A stretch of DNA of 64,000 bases, taken from positions 32,001-96,000 of the forward strand of contig CAWBEI010000006.1 of the NCBI GenBank assembly GCA_963787835.1, given 5' to 3'. The notes under the pieces were generated by a model. That model made no database searches and was not told where the DNA came from. It saw only the letters and a program-made list of their open reading frames with translations. Below are positions 10,057 through 21,406 of this stretch, in pieces. Source of the stretch: Ignavibacteriota bacterium. Lineage in GTDB: Bacteria; Bacteroidota; Ignavibacteria; Palsa-1295. Each line of letters begins with the position of its first letter. The first letter of the stretch is position 1. The translations under genes were made by a program, and so were the position numbers.

Positions 10057-11442
10057 TTAAGAGTTTCCTTTAGCCATCTTCTCAATATTGAGAACTTCGT
10101 CAAGTTTGGCCTCCCCCATTATGCCTTGCTCGAGAATAATGGATCGAATTGATCTGCGAGTTTTTAGCGATTCTTTAGCGATCGCAGCGGCTTTGAGATA
10201 ACCGATTTCCGGCGCAAGCGCTGTTACAAGGCTGCCACTGGATTCGGCGTAGTGACGCATTCTTTCTCGATCTGCAATAATTCCATCGATACACTTTTGT
10301 GCCATGACTTCCAGCGCGTTGGAAAATATCTCGATCGAGAATGCAATATTGAACTGAACGACCGGCATCATCACGTTAAGCTCAAGCTGTCCACCTTGCG
10401 AAGCATACGAGACGGTTGTTTCATTTCCGACAACCTGCATCGCTACTTGGGAGACCATCTCGAGAATAGATGGATTCACTTTGCCGGGCATAATACTGGA
10501 ACCGGGTTGAACGGATGGAAGTGTAATTTCGGCAAGTCCGGTCATCGGACCTGAACACATAAGACGCAAATCACCTGATATTTTAATAACGTCGAGCGCG
10601 AGATTTTTCAGTCCAGACATCAAATGCACAAAGGGAGCAAGCGATTGCATCGCTTCAAAGAGATCCACGCTTGGTTTGACATCCAGATCGGTAAGCCTGC
10701 GCAATTCTTCGATGACAAATTCGCGATAGCCTGTTGGCGTATTTAGGCCGGATCCAGCGGCACTACCACCGATTCCGAGAAACGAGATGTCATGTTCAGC
10801 GCCTTTGAGCCGGTTAGCATGACGAATCATCATTCCAGCCCATGCACCAAACTCCTGCCCAAGTGTGATCGGAACGGCATCTTGCAGGTGCGTACGTCCC
10901 GATTTTACAGCATCATCAAACTCTATTGCTTTTGCGATAAACGATTGCTTGAGTGTTTCGATGGCAGGGAAGAGACGTTCTTTTAGCAACAGCAATGTTG
11001 AGAGCCGCATCGCTGTTGGGTAGGTGTCATTCGTCGATTGCGACATGTTCACATGATCGTTCGGGGATATCTTCTCGAACTCACCGCGATGTGAGCCGCT
11101 TTTTTCCAAAGCACGATTCGCAATGACCTCGTTAACATTCATATTGGTGCTGGTGCCGGCGCCAGCCTGAAAAACATCAACGACAAAATGGTCTCGCAAT
11201 CCGCCGGAGATGATCTCATCGCAAACTTCCTGAATTTGCTTCGAAATATTAGAGTCTAGTACGCCTGCTCGCTCGTTAGCGAGAGCACAGGCTTTCTTTA
11301 GCAATGCATAGGCCCGGATGAACGTTGGGTGAGCACGAAGTCCGGAGATAGGATAGTTTTGAACTGCTCGTAAGGTCTGAATACCATAATAGGCTTCATC
11401 GGGGAGTTCAAGCGTGCCGAGAGAGTCTTTTTCTTGTCGCAT
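10057..11442 (-). CDS. aspA: Aspartate ammonia-lyase (fumarase/aspartase family)
   Basis: GAGTSTNMNVNEVIAN, GRTHLQDA and GSSIMPGKVNP signatures; class II fumarase not fully excluded. Confidence 0.85.
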   Translation of the reverse strand: MRQEKDSLGTLELPDEAYYGIQTLRAVQNYPISGLRAHPTFIRAYALLKKACALANERAGVLDSNISKQIQEVCDEIISGGLRDHFVVDVFQAGAGTSTNMNVNEVIANRALEKSGSHRGEFEKISPNDHVNMSQSTNDTYPTAMRLSTLLLLKERLFPAIETLKQSFIAKAIEFDDAVKSGRTHLQDAVPITLGQEFGAWAGMMIRHANRLKGAEHDISFLGIGGSAAGSGLNTPTGYREFVIEELRRLTDLDVKPSVDLFEAMQSLAPFVHLMSGLKNLALDVIKISGDLRLMCSGPMTGLAEITLPSVQPGSSIMPGKVNPSILEMVSQVAMQVVGNETTVSYASQGGQLELNVMMPVVQFNIAFSIEIFSNALEVMAQKCIDGIIADRERMRHYAESSGSLVTALAPEIGYLKAAAIAKESLKTRRSIRSIILEQGIMGEAKLDEVLNIEKMAKGNS

Positions 11443-11539
11443 TATTAGTAAAATGATGTATGAAGTATCATGTTAACAAAATCAGCTTTCGAACCGTCCC
11501 TTCCGCGGCACTGTTCTTTGCTTTTCAAACGAATTCAGA

Positions 11540-12715
11540 ATGATAGATATTCCTATTGACTCCCTTAACTTCGCTCTTAGCGAAGACCAACTTTCGATTC
11601 GCGATGTTGCTCGCGATTTTGCTGAAACTGAGCTAAAGCCTCATCGCCTCGAGTGGGATGAATCGCAGCAATTTCCATTCGAAGCTCTACAGAAAATGGG
11701 AAGACTCGGATTTCTTGGAACACTGATTCCTGTTGAGTTCGATGGCGCTGGGTTAGGGGCAACTGAAAACGCGATCATTATCGAGGAGATAGCGAGGGTC
11801 GATCCTGCTGTGGCTCTTTCTGTTGCCGCCCACAACGGGCTTTGCACCAGTCATATATTTCGGTTCGGTTCGGATGAGCTAAAGTCAAAGTATGTACCTG
11901 CTCTGGCACGCGGTGAAGTGCTCGGCGCATGGGGATTGACCGAACCATCCGCAGGTTCAGATGCTGGTGGCACACGAACGACTGCTCGGAAAGAAGGTGA
12001 TGACTATATCATCAATGGCTCCAAGAATTTCATTACTCATGGCACCGTTGGCGATACAACCGTAATTATGGCGGTCACGGATGCCGCACAAGGGACCAGA
12101 GGTATCTCAGCGTTCGTATTAGATAAGTCTATGCCAGGTTTTCGTGCTTCGAAAAAGGAGAATAAGACCGGCATGCGCTGTTCTGATACATCGAGCCTCA
12201 TGATGGAAAATGTGCGAGTTCCAAAAGAGAATCTCATTGGTGAAGAAGGGGAAGGTTTTGTGCAAGCCTTGAAGATATTAGATGGCGGACGTATTTCTAT
12301 TGCCGCACTTGCCGTGGGAACGGCGCAAGGAGCATTTGAAGCTGCCATCCAATATGCACAGGTAAGAGAGCAATTTGGCAAAGCGATCAGCCAACAGCAA
12401 TCGACTCAATTCAAGCTTGCTCAAATGGCAATGAAGATAGATGCTGCGCGATTGCTTACGATGAAGGCGGCATGGTTGCGCGACAACGGTCAGCCATTTT
12501 CCAAAGCAGCAAGCATTGCAAAATTATTTGCGAGCGAGACTTCCGTCCAGGTTTCTGAAGAAGCGGTCCAGATACATGGTGGATATGGATATATCAAGGA
12601 ATATCCAGTCGAGAAATTCTGGCGTGACTCCAAGTTGCTTACTATTGGAGAAGGTACGAGTGAAGTGCAACGAATGGTGATCGCTCGAAATGCGATCGAA
12701 GAGTACCGCTCCTAG
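11540..12715 (+). CDS. Acyl-CoA dehydrogenase
   Basis: [27 protein letters not shown] and [10 protein letters not shown] motifs. Confidence 0.95.
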   Translation: MIDIPIDSLNFALSEDQLSIRDVARDFAETELKPHRLEWDESQQFPFEALQKMGRLGFLGTLIPVEFDGAGLGATENAIIIEEIARVDPAVALSVAAHNGLCTSHIFRFGSDELKSKYVPALARGEVLGAWGLTEPSAGSDAGGTRTTARKEGDDYIINGSKNFITHGTVGDTTVIMAVTDAAQGTRGISAFVLDKSMPGFRASKKENKTGMRCSDTSSLMMENVRVPKENLIGEEGEGFVQALKILDGGRISIAALAVGTAQGAFEAAIQYAQVREQFGKAISQQQSTQFKLAQMAMKIDAARLLTMKAAWLRDNGQPFSKAASIAKLFASETSVQVSEEAVQIHGGYGYIKEYPVEKFWRDSKLLTIGEGTSEVQRMVIARNAIEEYRS

Positions 12716-12728
12716 AATTATACATACC

Positions 12729-13766
12729 TCATCCCAAATTGGGCGACTCTGAAGCATTCAAGATTCTCTCACATAATTCATCGAACGAGATGCCGGCAGC
12801 TTTGGCGGCATCCGGAAGAAGGCTGAGTTCAGTCATACCGGGGAGGGTATTGATCTCTAAGCAAAAATATTTTCCATCGGGTCTGAGCCGGAAATCAACT
12901 CTTGCATAACCCCGGCAGCGACATGCTTGAAATGCGCGGAGTGCGTCCGCCTGAATTCCATCCGTAATGTCAGATGGAAGAGTGGCTGGACAAATATGGA
13001 ATGACATTCCCTGAGTGTATTTGTGATGATAATCGTAAAATCCACCCTTTGTTGTTATCTCGACGATTGGCAGAGCCTCATTTGCAAGAATTCCAACGGT
13101 CAATTCTCGTCCTTCGATAAATTCTTCTATTAGTGCTTTTGAACTGTAATCTAACGCAAGTTCAATAGCTTTCATGAATTCATCTTCCGAGTCCTCCTTC
13201 AATATTGTTAAACCGACAGTGGAACCTTGATCGTTCGGTTTAATGACCATCGGGATTCCAAGCTCTGCCTTAGCTAACTCCCATGCGGCATGACGCTCCT
13301 GTGGATGAGAACCTTTTGCGACGATCATTCCCTTCGGAACATCAACTCCAGCATTATTGAGTATGATCTTCGTGAAATGTTTATCGATACACAGTGCACT
13401 TGCACGGGAGTCCGAACCAGTATATCGTTTACCGAGAAGCTCAAGTACCGATTGCACCAGTCCATCCTCACCGGGCACACCATGAAGCCCCAGCACAACC
13501 ACATCGGCATCCCGGACCGTACTTGTCATCAGGCTTTCCAGCATCATTGTACCTTGTGTAAGCGTGCCAAGTGCTTCAGCTGATGGTGGCTCGACGCTGG
13601 CGGAATTCACCTGAAACTCATCGAGTCGCGATACGAGGCCCGTAGCTGGGTCGAGCAGTGTGACCTCATGGCCACGGTTTGCAAATGCCTTTGCCATGCC
13701 GAAACCTGACAAAAGCGAGATCTCGCGTTCCGCACTCGGCCCGCCCAATAAAACACAAAGTTTCAT
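12729..13766 (-). CDS. ddl: D-alanine--D-alanine ligase
   Basis: GGPSAEREISL, LHGVPGEDG, KPNDQGST and LEINTLPGMT motifs. Confidence 0.96.
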   Translation of the reverse strand: MKLCVLLGGPSAEREISLLSGFGMAKAFANRGHEVTLLDPATGLVSRLDEFQVNSASVEPPSAEALGTLTQGTMMLESLMTSTVRDADVVVLGLHGVPGEDGLVQSVLELLGKRYTGSDSRASALCIDKHFTKIILNNAGVDVPKGMIVAKGSHPQERHAAWELAKAELGIPMVIKPNDQGSTVGLTILKEDSEDEFMKAIELALDYSSKALIEEFIEGRELTVGILANEALPIVEITTKGGFYDYHHKYTQGMSFHICPATLPSDITDGIQADALRAFQACRCRGYARVDFRLRPDGKYFCLEINTLPGMTELSLLPDAAKAAGISFDELCERILNASESPNLG

Positions 13767-16375
13767 ACTGCTACGATATTAACCAATTTATCCTGTACCA
13801 CAATTATTTTTCGGATCTCTTTACCATCGATATACTTCATCACATTCGGGCTGGCGCGAGCAAACCGGTCGAGTTCATCATTCGAAAGGCCGCGTGGAAC
13901 CTCAAGCTTATCGCGAAGTTTTCCATTGACCTGTAAAATAAGTGTTATTGATTCTTCGATAGTTTTTGCTTCATCGTACTCCGGCCACCGTGAATAAAAT
14001 ATCGTTCCATTATTCCTGATACGTTGCCACAATTCTTCGGCAATATGTGGCGCAAACGGGGAAACTAATTGAACAAGTATTTCGAAGGTACTGCGTGGTA
14101 TTCGCCGTTCTTGTTCGATCGCATTCAGTAATATCATTAATGAGCTGACAGCGGTATTCAGGCGAAGCTTTTCGATGTCTTCAGAAACCTTCTTTATTGT
14201 CCGATGAAGGATCCGATCGAGTTCAGAAGTGAGGGCATTCTCCGTAAGTCTGGAAAGATCGGTTACGTTATCCTCGTTTACGATGATGCGCCAAATGCGA
14301 TTTAGAAAACGATGCACTCCCATAATACCCTTCGAATCCCATGGTTTCATGGCTTCGAATGGCCCGAGGAACATATAATAGGTACGCAGGCTGTCTGCCC
14401 CATACTTGGAAAGAAATTCCTCAGGGTTTACAACATTCCCGACCGACTTCGACATTTTTCCGCCGGACTCACCGAGAATGATCCCTTGATGAACCATTCT
14501 TGTGAAAGGTTCTGGTGTGGAAACAATCTCTTGATCGAAGAGAAACTTATGCCAAAATCTGGAATAAAGTAAATGGGTGACAGCGTGCTCAGCCCCGCCG
14601 ATGTATAGATCGACCGGCATCCAATACTGCTCGGCTTCTCTCGATACTAATTCTCGATCGTTCGTTGGGTCGAGATATCGAAGATAATACCATGATGAGC
14701 CAGCCCATTGAGGCATGGTATTAGTCTCACGACGGGCAGGATGCCCGGTTTCAGGGTCTGTGGTATTCACCCATTCAGAAATTGTTGCAAGCGGGGATTC
14801 TCCTGTGCCCGATGGCTGGTAGCTTTCAACTTCCGGCAGAAGAACCGGCAAGTTAGATTCACTCAATGCTTTTGGATACTCGCCTTCTCCTTCGTCGACA
14901 TAAATAATAGGAAACGGCTCACCCCAATACCGCTGCCGTGAAAACAACCAGTCTCGTAATTTATATTTGATCGATCGAGAACCATTGCCATGTTCAACAA
15001 GCCATTCGATCATTCTCTCTTTGGCTTGAGACGTGTTACACCCATCGATAAACCCTGAATTTACTGCGATGCCGTCATCGGTAAATGCTCTCAAAAGTGG
15101 TTCTTCCGAAGCTACATGCTCCGATTGAACCACCCTCGTGATGGGTAGTCCAAAGGCCTGCGCAAATTCGAAATCCCGTTCGTCATGACCCGGAACGGCC
15201 ATAATGGCGCCAGTTCCGTAGGACATAAGAACGTAGTCGGCTACCCAAATCGCTATATTTTCATTCGTAGCTGGGTTGACAGCATATGCACCGGTGAAAA
15301 CACCTGTCTTATTTCTGGCCATATCTACGCGCTCAAGATCGCTCTTTCTGCGCACTTCATCCAGATAGACCCCTACTGCTCCGACATGCTCATGTGTCGT
15401 AATTTTCGCGACAAGAGGATGTTCCGGAGCAAGAACCAAATATGTTGCACCGAAGAGCGTGTCGGGGCGTGTGGTAAAAACTCGAATAGGTTCAGGAACT
15501 CCTTCAATATTAAAATCGATCTCAGCGCCTTCGCTTCGTCCGATCCAGTTCCGTTGCATCTCGATGGTGCTTTGGGGCCAATCCAGTGTATCCAGTTCTT
15601 GCAATAGCCGGTCAGCATAAGCGGTGATACGCAACATCCACTGCCGCATATTGCGCCGAACTACGGTAAACCCTTTCTCTTCCTGCTCTGGAACTTCCTC
15701 GTTTGCCAACACTGTACCAAGTTCTGGGCACCAATTTACGGGTGCATCGGAAATATATGCCAACCGGTAATATGCAAGAAAATCTGACTTTTCCTTATTC
15801 GAGGCTTTGTTCCATTCATCAGATGTAAAGTGGCGTTGCCTTTTTCCAGCGGACGAAGCAGGAATATCGTCTGATCCTTTCGACTCGATGTGTCTGATAA
15901 GCTCCTCTATTGGTCGTGCTTTTCCTTCCTCGATGTTGTAATATGAGTTGAAAAACTTGAGAAAGATCCATTGTGTCCATTTAAAGTAATTGGGGTCGGT
16001 GGTATTAACCTCCCGGCTCCAGTCATAAGCCAGCCCAAGTGATTCAAGTTGTTGGCGAAAGGCTGCAATATTTTGCCCAGTTGTGATCCGTGGATGGAGC
16101 TTGTTCTTAACAGCAAATTGCTCGGCGGGAAGTCCAAAGGCATCCCATCCTGTAGGGTGCAACACATTAAACCCTTGCATCCGCTTCATCCTCATTACAA
16201 TGTCAGCAGCCGCGTAATGTACATGCCCCATGTGCAGGCCGGCCCCCGAGGGATATGCGAACATATCCATAACATAATATTTGGGTTTATCGGGGTCGAG
16301 GTGGACACGAAAGGTCTCATGGCTGCGCCAATAGTCCTGCCATTTTTGCTCTATCTCCGAAAAAGGGTATGCCAC
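13763..16375 (-). CDS. leuS: Leucine--tRNA ligase
   Basis: HMGH and KMSKS class I motifs, CP1 editing domain FTTRPDTLFG. Confidence 0.97.
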   Translation of the reverse strand: MAYPFSEIEQKWQDYWRSHETFRVHLDPDKPKYYVMDMFAYPSGAGLHMGHVHYAAADIVMRMKRMQGFNVLHPTGWDAFGLPAEQFAVKNKLHPRITTGQNIAAFRQQLESLGLAYDWSREVNTTDPNYFKWTQWIFLKFFNSYYNIEEGKARPIEELIRHIESKGSDDIPASSAGKRQRHFTSDEWNKASNKEKSDFLAYYRLAYISDAPVNWCPELGTVLANEEVPEQEEKGFTVVRRNMRQWMLRITAYADRLLQELDTLDWPQSTIEMQRNWIGRSEGAEIDFNIEGVPEPIRVFTTRPDTLFGATYLVLAPEHPLVAKITTHEHVGAVGVYLDEVRRKSDLERVDMARNKTGVFTGAYAVNPATNENIAIWVADYVLMSYGTGAIMAVPGHDERDFEFAQAFGLPITRVVQSEHVASEEPLLRAFTDDGIAVNSGFIDGCNTSQAKERMIEWLVEHGNGSRSIKYKLRDWLFSRQRYWGEPFPIIYVDEGEGEYPKALSESNLPVLLPEVESYQPSGTGESPLATISEWVNTTDPETGHPARRETNTMPQWAGSSWYYLRYLDPTNDRELVSREAEQYWMPVDLYIGGAEHAVTHLLYSRFWHKFLFDQEIVSTPEPFTRMVHQGIILGESGGKMSKSVGNVVNPEEFLSKYGADSLRTYYMFLGPFEAMKPWDSKGIMGVHRFLNRIWRIIVNEDNVTDLSRLTENALTSELDRILHRTIKKVSEDIEKLRLNTAVSSLMILLNAIEQERRIPRSTFEILVQLVSPFAPHIAEELWQRIRNNGTIFYSRWPEYDEAKTIEESITLILQVNGKLRDKLEVPRGLSNDELDRFARASPNVMKYIDGKEIRKIIVVQDKLVNIVAV

Positions 16376-16441
16376 TTGAAAAAAGTATGAATTATTTGCT
16401 ACGAAGAATGATTAAAATGCTAACTTCGTTTTTATGTAGCA

Positions 16442-17911
16442 ATGAGAACACAGAGAATCGTTTGGGGTTTCGCAACTTTCATTATTTTATGCCCGTCGCT
16501 TGCTGTTGCCCAGGGTATGCCGGTCGATAGTATTCTTTCAAGGATAGACAGCGAACTTCACTCGACAACGCTTGCTCGGCAGCTCCAAACATTGATACCC
16601 GGCTATGAAGATGCTCGAGTCTGGGGACTTGCGATAGGAGATTTTACCAATGACACCTTACCAGACCTTGCGATCTCGATCTACGACCATAGTAAGAAAG
16701 GTAGCACGGTTCGAGTTTATTTTTTCGAGAATCATAACGGAAATAAACTTCTCGACCGGTTTGAACAAGAAATTCCATTTGTCGAGTCACCGATCGAGGT
16801 GGGGCTGACGGTGGAAGGGTCCGTTGTCACGATCACTCGGAGAACTGGCTCAGAGCATTGGGAACAAGAAGGTTACTCAATTGAGTGGGGAGACGTAACC
16901 TTGATCGATCGCTTTGAAACCAATGAATCGAACGTTGCTGGTTCCAGTACTTCAAAAACACATGCGCTTGGCCATCAAGTCTATCGCAACTATGAGACAC
17001 TTCGCTCTAAGGAGTCCTATTTTACGGAATCATCAGGGGATCCACTAATGGCAGAGTCATTTGTCACCCTCCCTGCTTATGGCCGTTCCCGCGAGATCTA
17101 TCCCGGATATGGTCATCTTTTTTCAGATTCTACGACCGATCTTGTTGTTTCGGGTGGAGGGCTGCGGCGTGATGCAAGTGATCTGTCAATCCGATCATTA
17201 CAAGCAGCTTATAGTGATGAGTATCTCTACATTGCAATTCGTGTTCGTGATGATTATGTCGTAGGTGGAGAGCCAAAGGACGATGCTAATGATCGTGTAT
17301 CGTTTTGGTTCGACACGAAGTACACCGGTGATCGGCTCAACCGAGATAGAAGGTTGCTTTCGCTGTCTGGTGGATTTCCAACGTTTCGAACCTCGATCGA
17401 TTCACTCGTCTCGAATATTACCTTTGCTTTGCCGGCTCATCCTGGTAAGGTGACACAAATCTCGTACAGCACATTAAACCCTTTGGATGCAAATCAGCAA
17501 GATGGACTGAGCCGGGTGATGGGCTTGATGGCGTATGATACTGAAAGGGGAGTAGTAAGCGGATATCGCCTGACCGTCCGGATCCCGTTCTCATTTCTTG
17601 GATTTGAGACCAATCCCGAACATGCCTATGAAACTCCGATACCTGCTACAGCATCGGAGGACACAACCGTGCTCACTTCAGCCGCAGATATTTCAAACGC
17701 TGCAACGCTTGGATTTACCGCCCTCGTCTATGATATTGACGACCCAGCTCATCCAGATGAGGTAACTATTCAAGGAACGAGCAAATATGAAGCTGGCAAT
17801 CCGTCCAGCTTAGGAACCTTGGTGCTCGAACCCCAAGGCCAATACTATGGCGAGGTGCATCCGACCTATCTCGATAAGCTGAAGGCTGGTTTAACAAATG
17901 CTGGATATTAA
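16442..17911 (+). CDS. Secreted hypothetical protein (FG-GAP-like N-terminal motif, CBM9/DOMON-like C-terminal region)
   Basis: Signal peptide; GDFTNDTLPDLAI; AYSDEYLYIAIRVRDD...DRVSFWFD...YRLTVRIPFSFL. Confidence 0.65.
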   Translation: MRTQRIVWGFATFIILCPSLAVAQGMPVDSILSRIDSELHSTTLARQLQTLIPGYEDARVWGLAIGDFTNDTLPDLAISIYDHSKKGSTVRVYFFENHNGNKLLDRFEQEIPFVESPIEVGLTVEGSVVTITRRTGSEHWEQEGYSIEWGDVTLIDRFETNESNVAGSSTSKTHALGHQVYRNYETLRSKESYFTESSGDPLMAESFVTLPAYGRSREIYPGYGHLFSDSTTDLVVSGGGLRRDASDLSIRSLQAAYSDEYLYIAIRVRDDYVVGGEPKDDANDRVSFWFDTKYTGDRLNRDRRLLSLSGGFPTFRTSIDSLVSNITFALPAHPGKVTQISYSTLNPLDANQQDGLSRVMGLMAYDTERGVVSGYRLTVRIPFSFLGFETNPEHAYETPIPATASEDTTVLTSAADISNAATLGFTALVYDIDDPAHPDEVTIQGTSKYEAGNPSSLGTLVLEPQGQYYGEVHPTYLDKLKAGLTNAGY

Positions 17912-18001
17912 GACTGCCAGAATGATAACAAAAGAGATACTTGAATGAATATAGACCTTCCTAACTCTACCAAGTCAAGCGATCATTTTAGCTTGAGTTA
18001 A

Positions 18002-18763
18002 ATGAGTTCTTTAATCTTAGTAATTTTAGTTGGCCTGTTCACGGGATTCGCTTCGGGTTTGCTTGGAATTGGGGGGAGTGCATTGGGAACTCCTTTGTTG
18101 CGACTTCTGATCGGCTTGCCGCCGCTTATCGCTTTAGCAACACCGATGCCTTTGATGCTTCCCTCAGCAATATCGGGAGGTATTGCATATGTTCGGGAGA
18201 AGAAAGTTGACTACAAACTTGCTGGTTGGATGCTCCTTGGTGCTGTCCCGATGACATGGATCGGGGCAACAGTGACTGCTTATCTATCCCCGGTAGTATT
18301 GATGGTGCTCACAGCGATCTTCCTGATATTAGTCGGAATTTCCTTTCTGATCAGAGGATTTATTCTAAGACCTGCGGAGCAACCTGTTGCAATAGAAGGT
18401 TATGTCAATAAGCCGAAAGCGATCATCTTTGGTGCCTTCGGAGGATTTCTCGCTGGCTTACTCGCTATTGGTGGGGGAGTGATCTACGTCCCTGTAATAG
18501 TGCGAATATTTGATCGCTCAATGAAGGTAGCTCTCGCTACATCGCTTGCCGTTGTTACCATTGTTGCCATCCCAGGCTCGATCAGGCACCAGATGCTGGG
18601 TCATATTGACTGGAAGATCGTTGGTTTACTTTCTCTTTCCGTCATCCCAGCATCATTCCTTGGTGCAAAATTAGCGCTCCGTCTACGGAATCAGACCCTC
18701 GAAAGGATCTTCGGAATTTGTACTATTGTGTTCGGTATCTATTTTCTGTTCACTCAGATTTAG
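18002..18763 (+). CDS. Sulfite exporter TauE/SafE family membrane protein
   Basis: Duplicated GxxxGLLGIGG motifs and multiple transmembrane helices. Confidence 0.9.
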   Translation: MSSLILVILVGLFTGFASGLLGIGGSALGTPLLRLLIGLPPLIALATPMPLMLPSAISGGIAYVREKKVDYKLAGWMLLGAVPMTWIGATVTAYLSPVVLMVLTAIFLILVGISFLIRGFILRPAEQPVAIEGYVNKPKAIIFGAFGGFLAGLLAIGGGVIYVPVIVRIFDRSMKVALATSLAVVTIVAIPGSIRHQMLGHIDWKIVGLLSLSVIPASFLGAKLALRLRNQTLERIFGICTIVFGIYFLFTQI

Positions 18764-18825
18764 TGAGTACCTCTGGGTTCGGAAGTGCTATTTTTCGACT
18801 ATTCGAACGTCGATCAGAACAAGCG

Positions 18826-20193
18826 TTACATTAACTCGCACCACGAACCCACCGCGGGGGCACTCACTTTAATATTAGGAAATGTTTCCAATATTAACTC
18901 ACTAAACGCAGCGATAGCAGCTTCATCGCCGTGCGTTAACACGACATGTTTCGGCTGAAGCCGTTTCACGATCTCCAGTAGTTCCTCACGGCGTGCATGC
19001 GCGCTAAACCGGAAGCGTTCTATTTTGCAACGAACGGGAACATCTCGTTTCATCGAGCCAAATCGAATACGCGTTTCCCGCTCTGCATGCGATACGGTGT
19101 AGCCAGGCGTTCGAGGATCCGTATAGCCAACAAAACAAATGGAGAAATTTGCATGCCTTAGCCAACGCTGAGCCAAAAGGTAACTTGCCGTTCCGTCCTG
19201 CATCATACCACTGGCGGCAAGTACTATGCTTGGTTCATTAAAATACTTTCCTCCGAACAGGAAATCTCTGCGTGGTAATTCAGCTTGCTCTATATCGGAT
19301 GTCTTATCCGTATCATTCGTTCGGGATCTGCTGGAAAGAAACTGGTCATATACCTCGCTAATCTTTCTTCCCATACCACCAGTATAGATCGGTACTTTTG
19401 GTATTTTACCATCGCGAATTGCATCACCGATCATGACGAGCATTTCCTGGAGTTTTCCGAGTGCAAAAACAGGCATGAGAACCGAACCACCGGCTGCAAG
19501 CGTCTCATTAAGAGACTGTATAAGGCGCTCCAACTCAAGTTCTCGTGAATGAGTCAGATAAGCATCAACTACACCATTGGTCGATTCTGATACAAGAACG
19601 TCAACGTGCTCAACCGGCAGTTCCGCGCCGGCGATGAGTCGTTGTGCATGCAGAGAAGTATCTCCAGTGTGAAAAATACGTTTGCCCTGGTGCTCAATCA
19701 AAATCCCTGCCGCACCCAATATATGTCCGCTTGGATAAAAAGAAAGGCTCACTCCGTTTGGCCAAAGCTCTCTCGAATTGCCAAATCCGATTGGCAACAT
19801 CTTACCTATTGTTTCCGGCAGCGCAAGCACTTTGTAATTTGGCAATGCATCGATCACATCCTGCGTATGCTGCTTTGGCAAAAGGCTCGCCGAATTCGCT
19901 AACATGATCTTCGCTAATTCGATGGTCTCGCTAGTTGCGTAAATAGAAAGGTCGGGATACGATTGCCTTACAAAAGGGAGCGCTCCAAGATGGTCGGTGT
20001 GTGCATGCGTAATAAAAAAATGATCTACCGGGTTGCCGGCCAATGATCGAATAGAAGGGAATGCGTCCCAGCCGGTCTTCTCTGGGTGGAGACCGGCATC
20101 AACTAAAATTCCATGACCATCGACGCCATAATAAAAGCTATTGGCGCCTATTTCGCGCCCTCCGCCGAGCGCCATAAATTTAATTTCCGCCAA
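18826..20193 (-). CDS. Beta-CASP metallo-beta-lactamase-fold ribonuclease
   Basis: LGGGREIG, THAHTDH, GHILGA, TGD, ESTNG, FSAHA and LTHGD motifs; start (TTG 20193) approximate. Confidence 0.9.
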   Translation of the reverse strand: MAEIKFMALGGGREIGANSFYYGVDGHGILVDAGLHPEKTGWDAFPSIRSLAGNPVDHFFITHAHTDHLGALPFVRQSYPDLSIYATSETIELAKIMLANSASLLPKQHTQDVIDALPNYKVLALPETIGKMLPIGFGNSRELWPNGVSLSFYPSGHILGAAGILIEHQGKRIFHTGDTSLHAQRLIAGAELPVEHVDVLVSESTNGVVDAYLTHSRELELERLIQSLNETLAAGGSVLMPVFALGKLQEMLVMIGDAIRDGKIPKVPIYTGGMGRKISEVYDQFLSSRSRTNDTDKTSDIEQAELPRRDFLFGGKYFNEPSIVLAASGMMQDGTASYLLAQRWLRHANFSICFVGYTDPRTPGYTVSHAERETRIRFGSMKRDVPVRCKIERFRFSAHARREELLEIVKRLQPKHVVLTHGDEAAIAAFSELILETFPNIKVSAPAVGSWCELM

Positions 20194-20318
20194 AATATGT
20201 GGTAGTTTGAACGATGAATTGCCGGAGCGCAAAGAGGGCTATGGTGCATCCTCAACCGCTCGGGGAATAATCCGCTGTTAACATCCTTCCAAAAGCGAAC
20301 AGTTCAGGGTGAACGCAG

Positions 20319-21401
20319 ATGATCGAGGCGTTGTCTATATCCTATCGAATGAGCGAGTACTTAACATCAAGTCCATCCCAGCGCCCGGTCTCACCATTGG
20401 GCAATAATGTTCAGTTATCCAAGCGGATACTAGTTGTGCTTATTCTGGGGTCTCAATTTTTAGGGTATGTGATTTTGACTCAAATCCGGTATGAGGGCCA
20501 GGGTTTAACGGCGGATTATGTACATTTAAAAAGCCTGAGCGATATTATTTCAGCATCGTTTTTACTGCTGAACGCGGCTCTTCTCCTTTTAATCATCTTC
20601 CAGCCAACCCGATTAGATAAAGCGTCAACCCTAACGGCATCAATTCTATCGCTGATATCCTTATGGCTTTATTCCGGAATTCGTCACACCCCACCAGAGG
20701 ATTTCTCTCCCGAGGCAGCGATCGTATTGTTGTTAGTAATGTACTTTTTGCTTGCAATTCTCCTTACGAAAGCGAAGGCAGGATATTGTGGTTTCCGATA
20801 CGTAACGCGGTTATTTCGAACGACTATCTTGATCACTATTGTTTATGTTTGTATAGCATTCTTCTATACGTTAAGTTACCAAACAGACTCCAACATTTCA
20901 GATGTAGCTAGTTTCAAAGCCGATGGCGCTGTTATCTTTGGCGCGGCAGTATGGAATGGTAATGGCCTCGGAGATCGTCCGAGTCCCGCATTGCGAGAAC
21001 GAATTGCTTTGGGGTATGACTTGCTTACAAAACATGCCGTTTCCAGAATAATTGTCACTGGGAGTAATGCTCCAGGAAAGCTTGCCGAGGCCGAAGTTGC
21101 AAAACGTGAATTGATCCGCTTAGGCGTGGATCCATCACAGATCATCGAGGAAACTTCCTCTCACTCGACATTGGAGCAGGTATTATTTCTCAGAGATCAG
21201 TTAAGCCGAAAGTATGAGTGGAATCGTTTCGTAATTGTGAGCGATCAATACCATCTTGCCCGCGTGTGTGAAATGTGCAAATTCAATGGGCTAAGTGTTA
21301 TAGCCTGTCCTTCACACATTCATGAGCCATTGCTTGATCTTGTTTATTACCGGCTTCGAGAAAGCGTTGCCTTGCTCGAATACTGGTTTTTCGGACGTTG
21401 A
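20319..21401 (+). CDS. YdcF/DUF218 family protein with a multi-TM N-terminus
   Basis: VIFGAA, RERIA, IVTG, EAEV, IIEETSSHSTLE and VSDQYHLAR motifs. Confidence 0.88.
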   Translation: MIEALSISYRMSEYLTSSPSQRPVSPLGNNVQLSKRILVVLILGSQFLGYVILTQIRYEGQGLTADYVHLKSLSDIISASFLLLNAALLLLIIFQPTRLDKASTLTASILSLISLWLYSGIRHTPPEDFSPEAAIVLLLVMYFLLAILLTKAKAGYCGFRYVTRLFRTTILITIVYVCIAFFYTLSYQTDSNISDVASFKADGAVIFGAAVWNGNGLGDRPSPALRERIALGYDLLTKHAVSRIIVTGSNAPGKLAEAEVAKRELIRLGVDPSQIIEETSSHSTLEQVLFLRDQLSRKYEWNRFVIVSDQYHLARVCEMCKFNGLSVIACPSHIHEPLLDLVYYRLRESVALLEYWFFGR

Positions 21402-21406
21402 CGTCC

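Noticed and set aside
16200-16240. LeuS HMGH-VHYAAAD appears one residue shorter than typical
   Set aside because: Cannot distinguish natural divergence from error without an alignment; catalytic motifs are intact.
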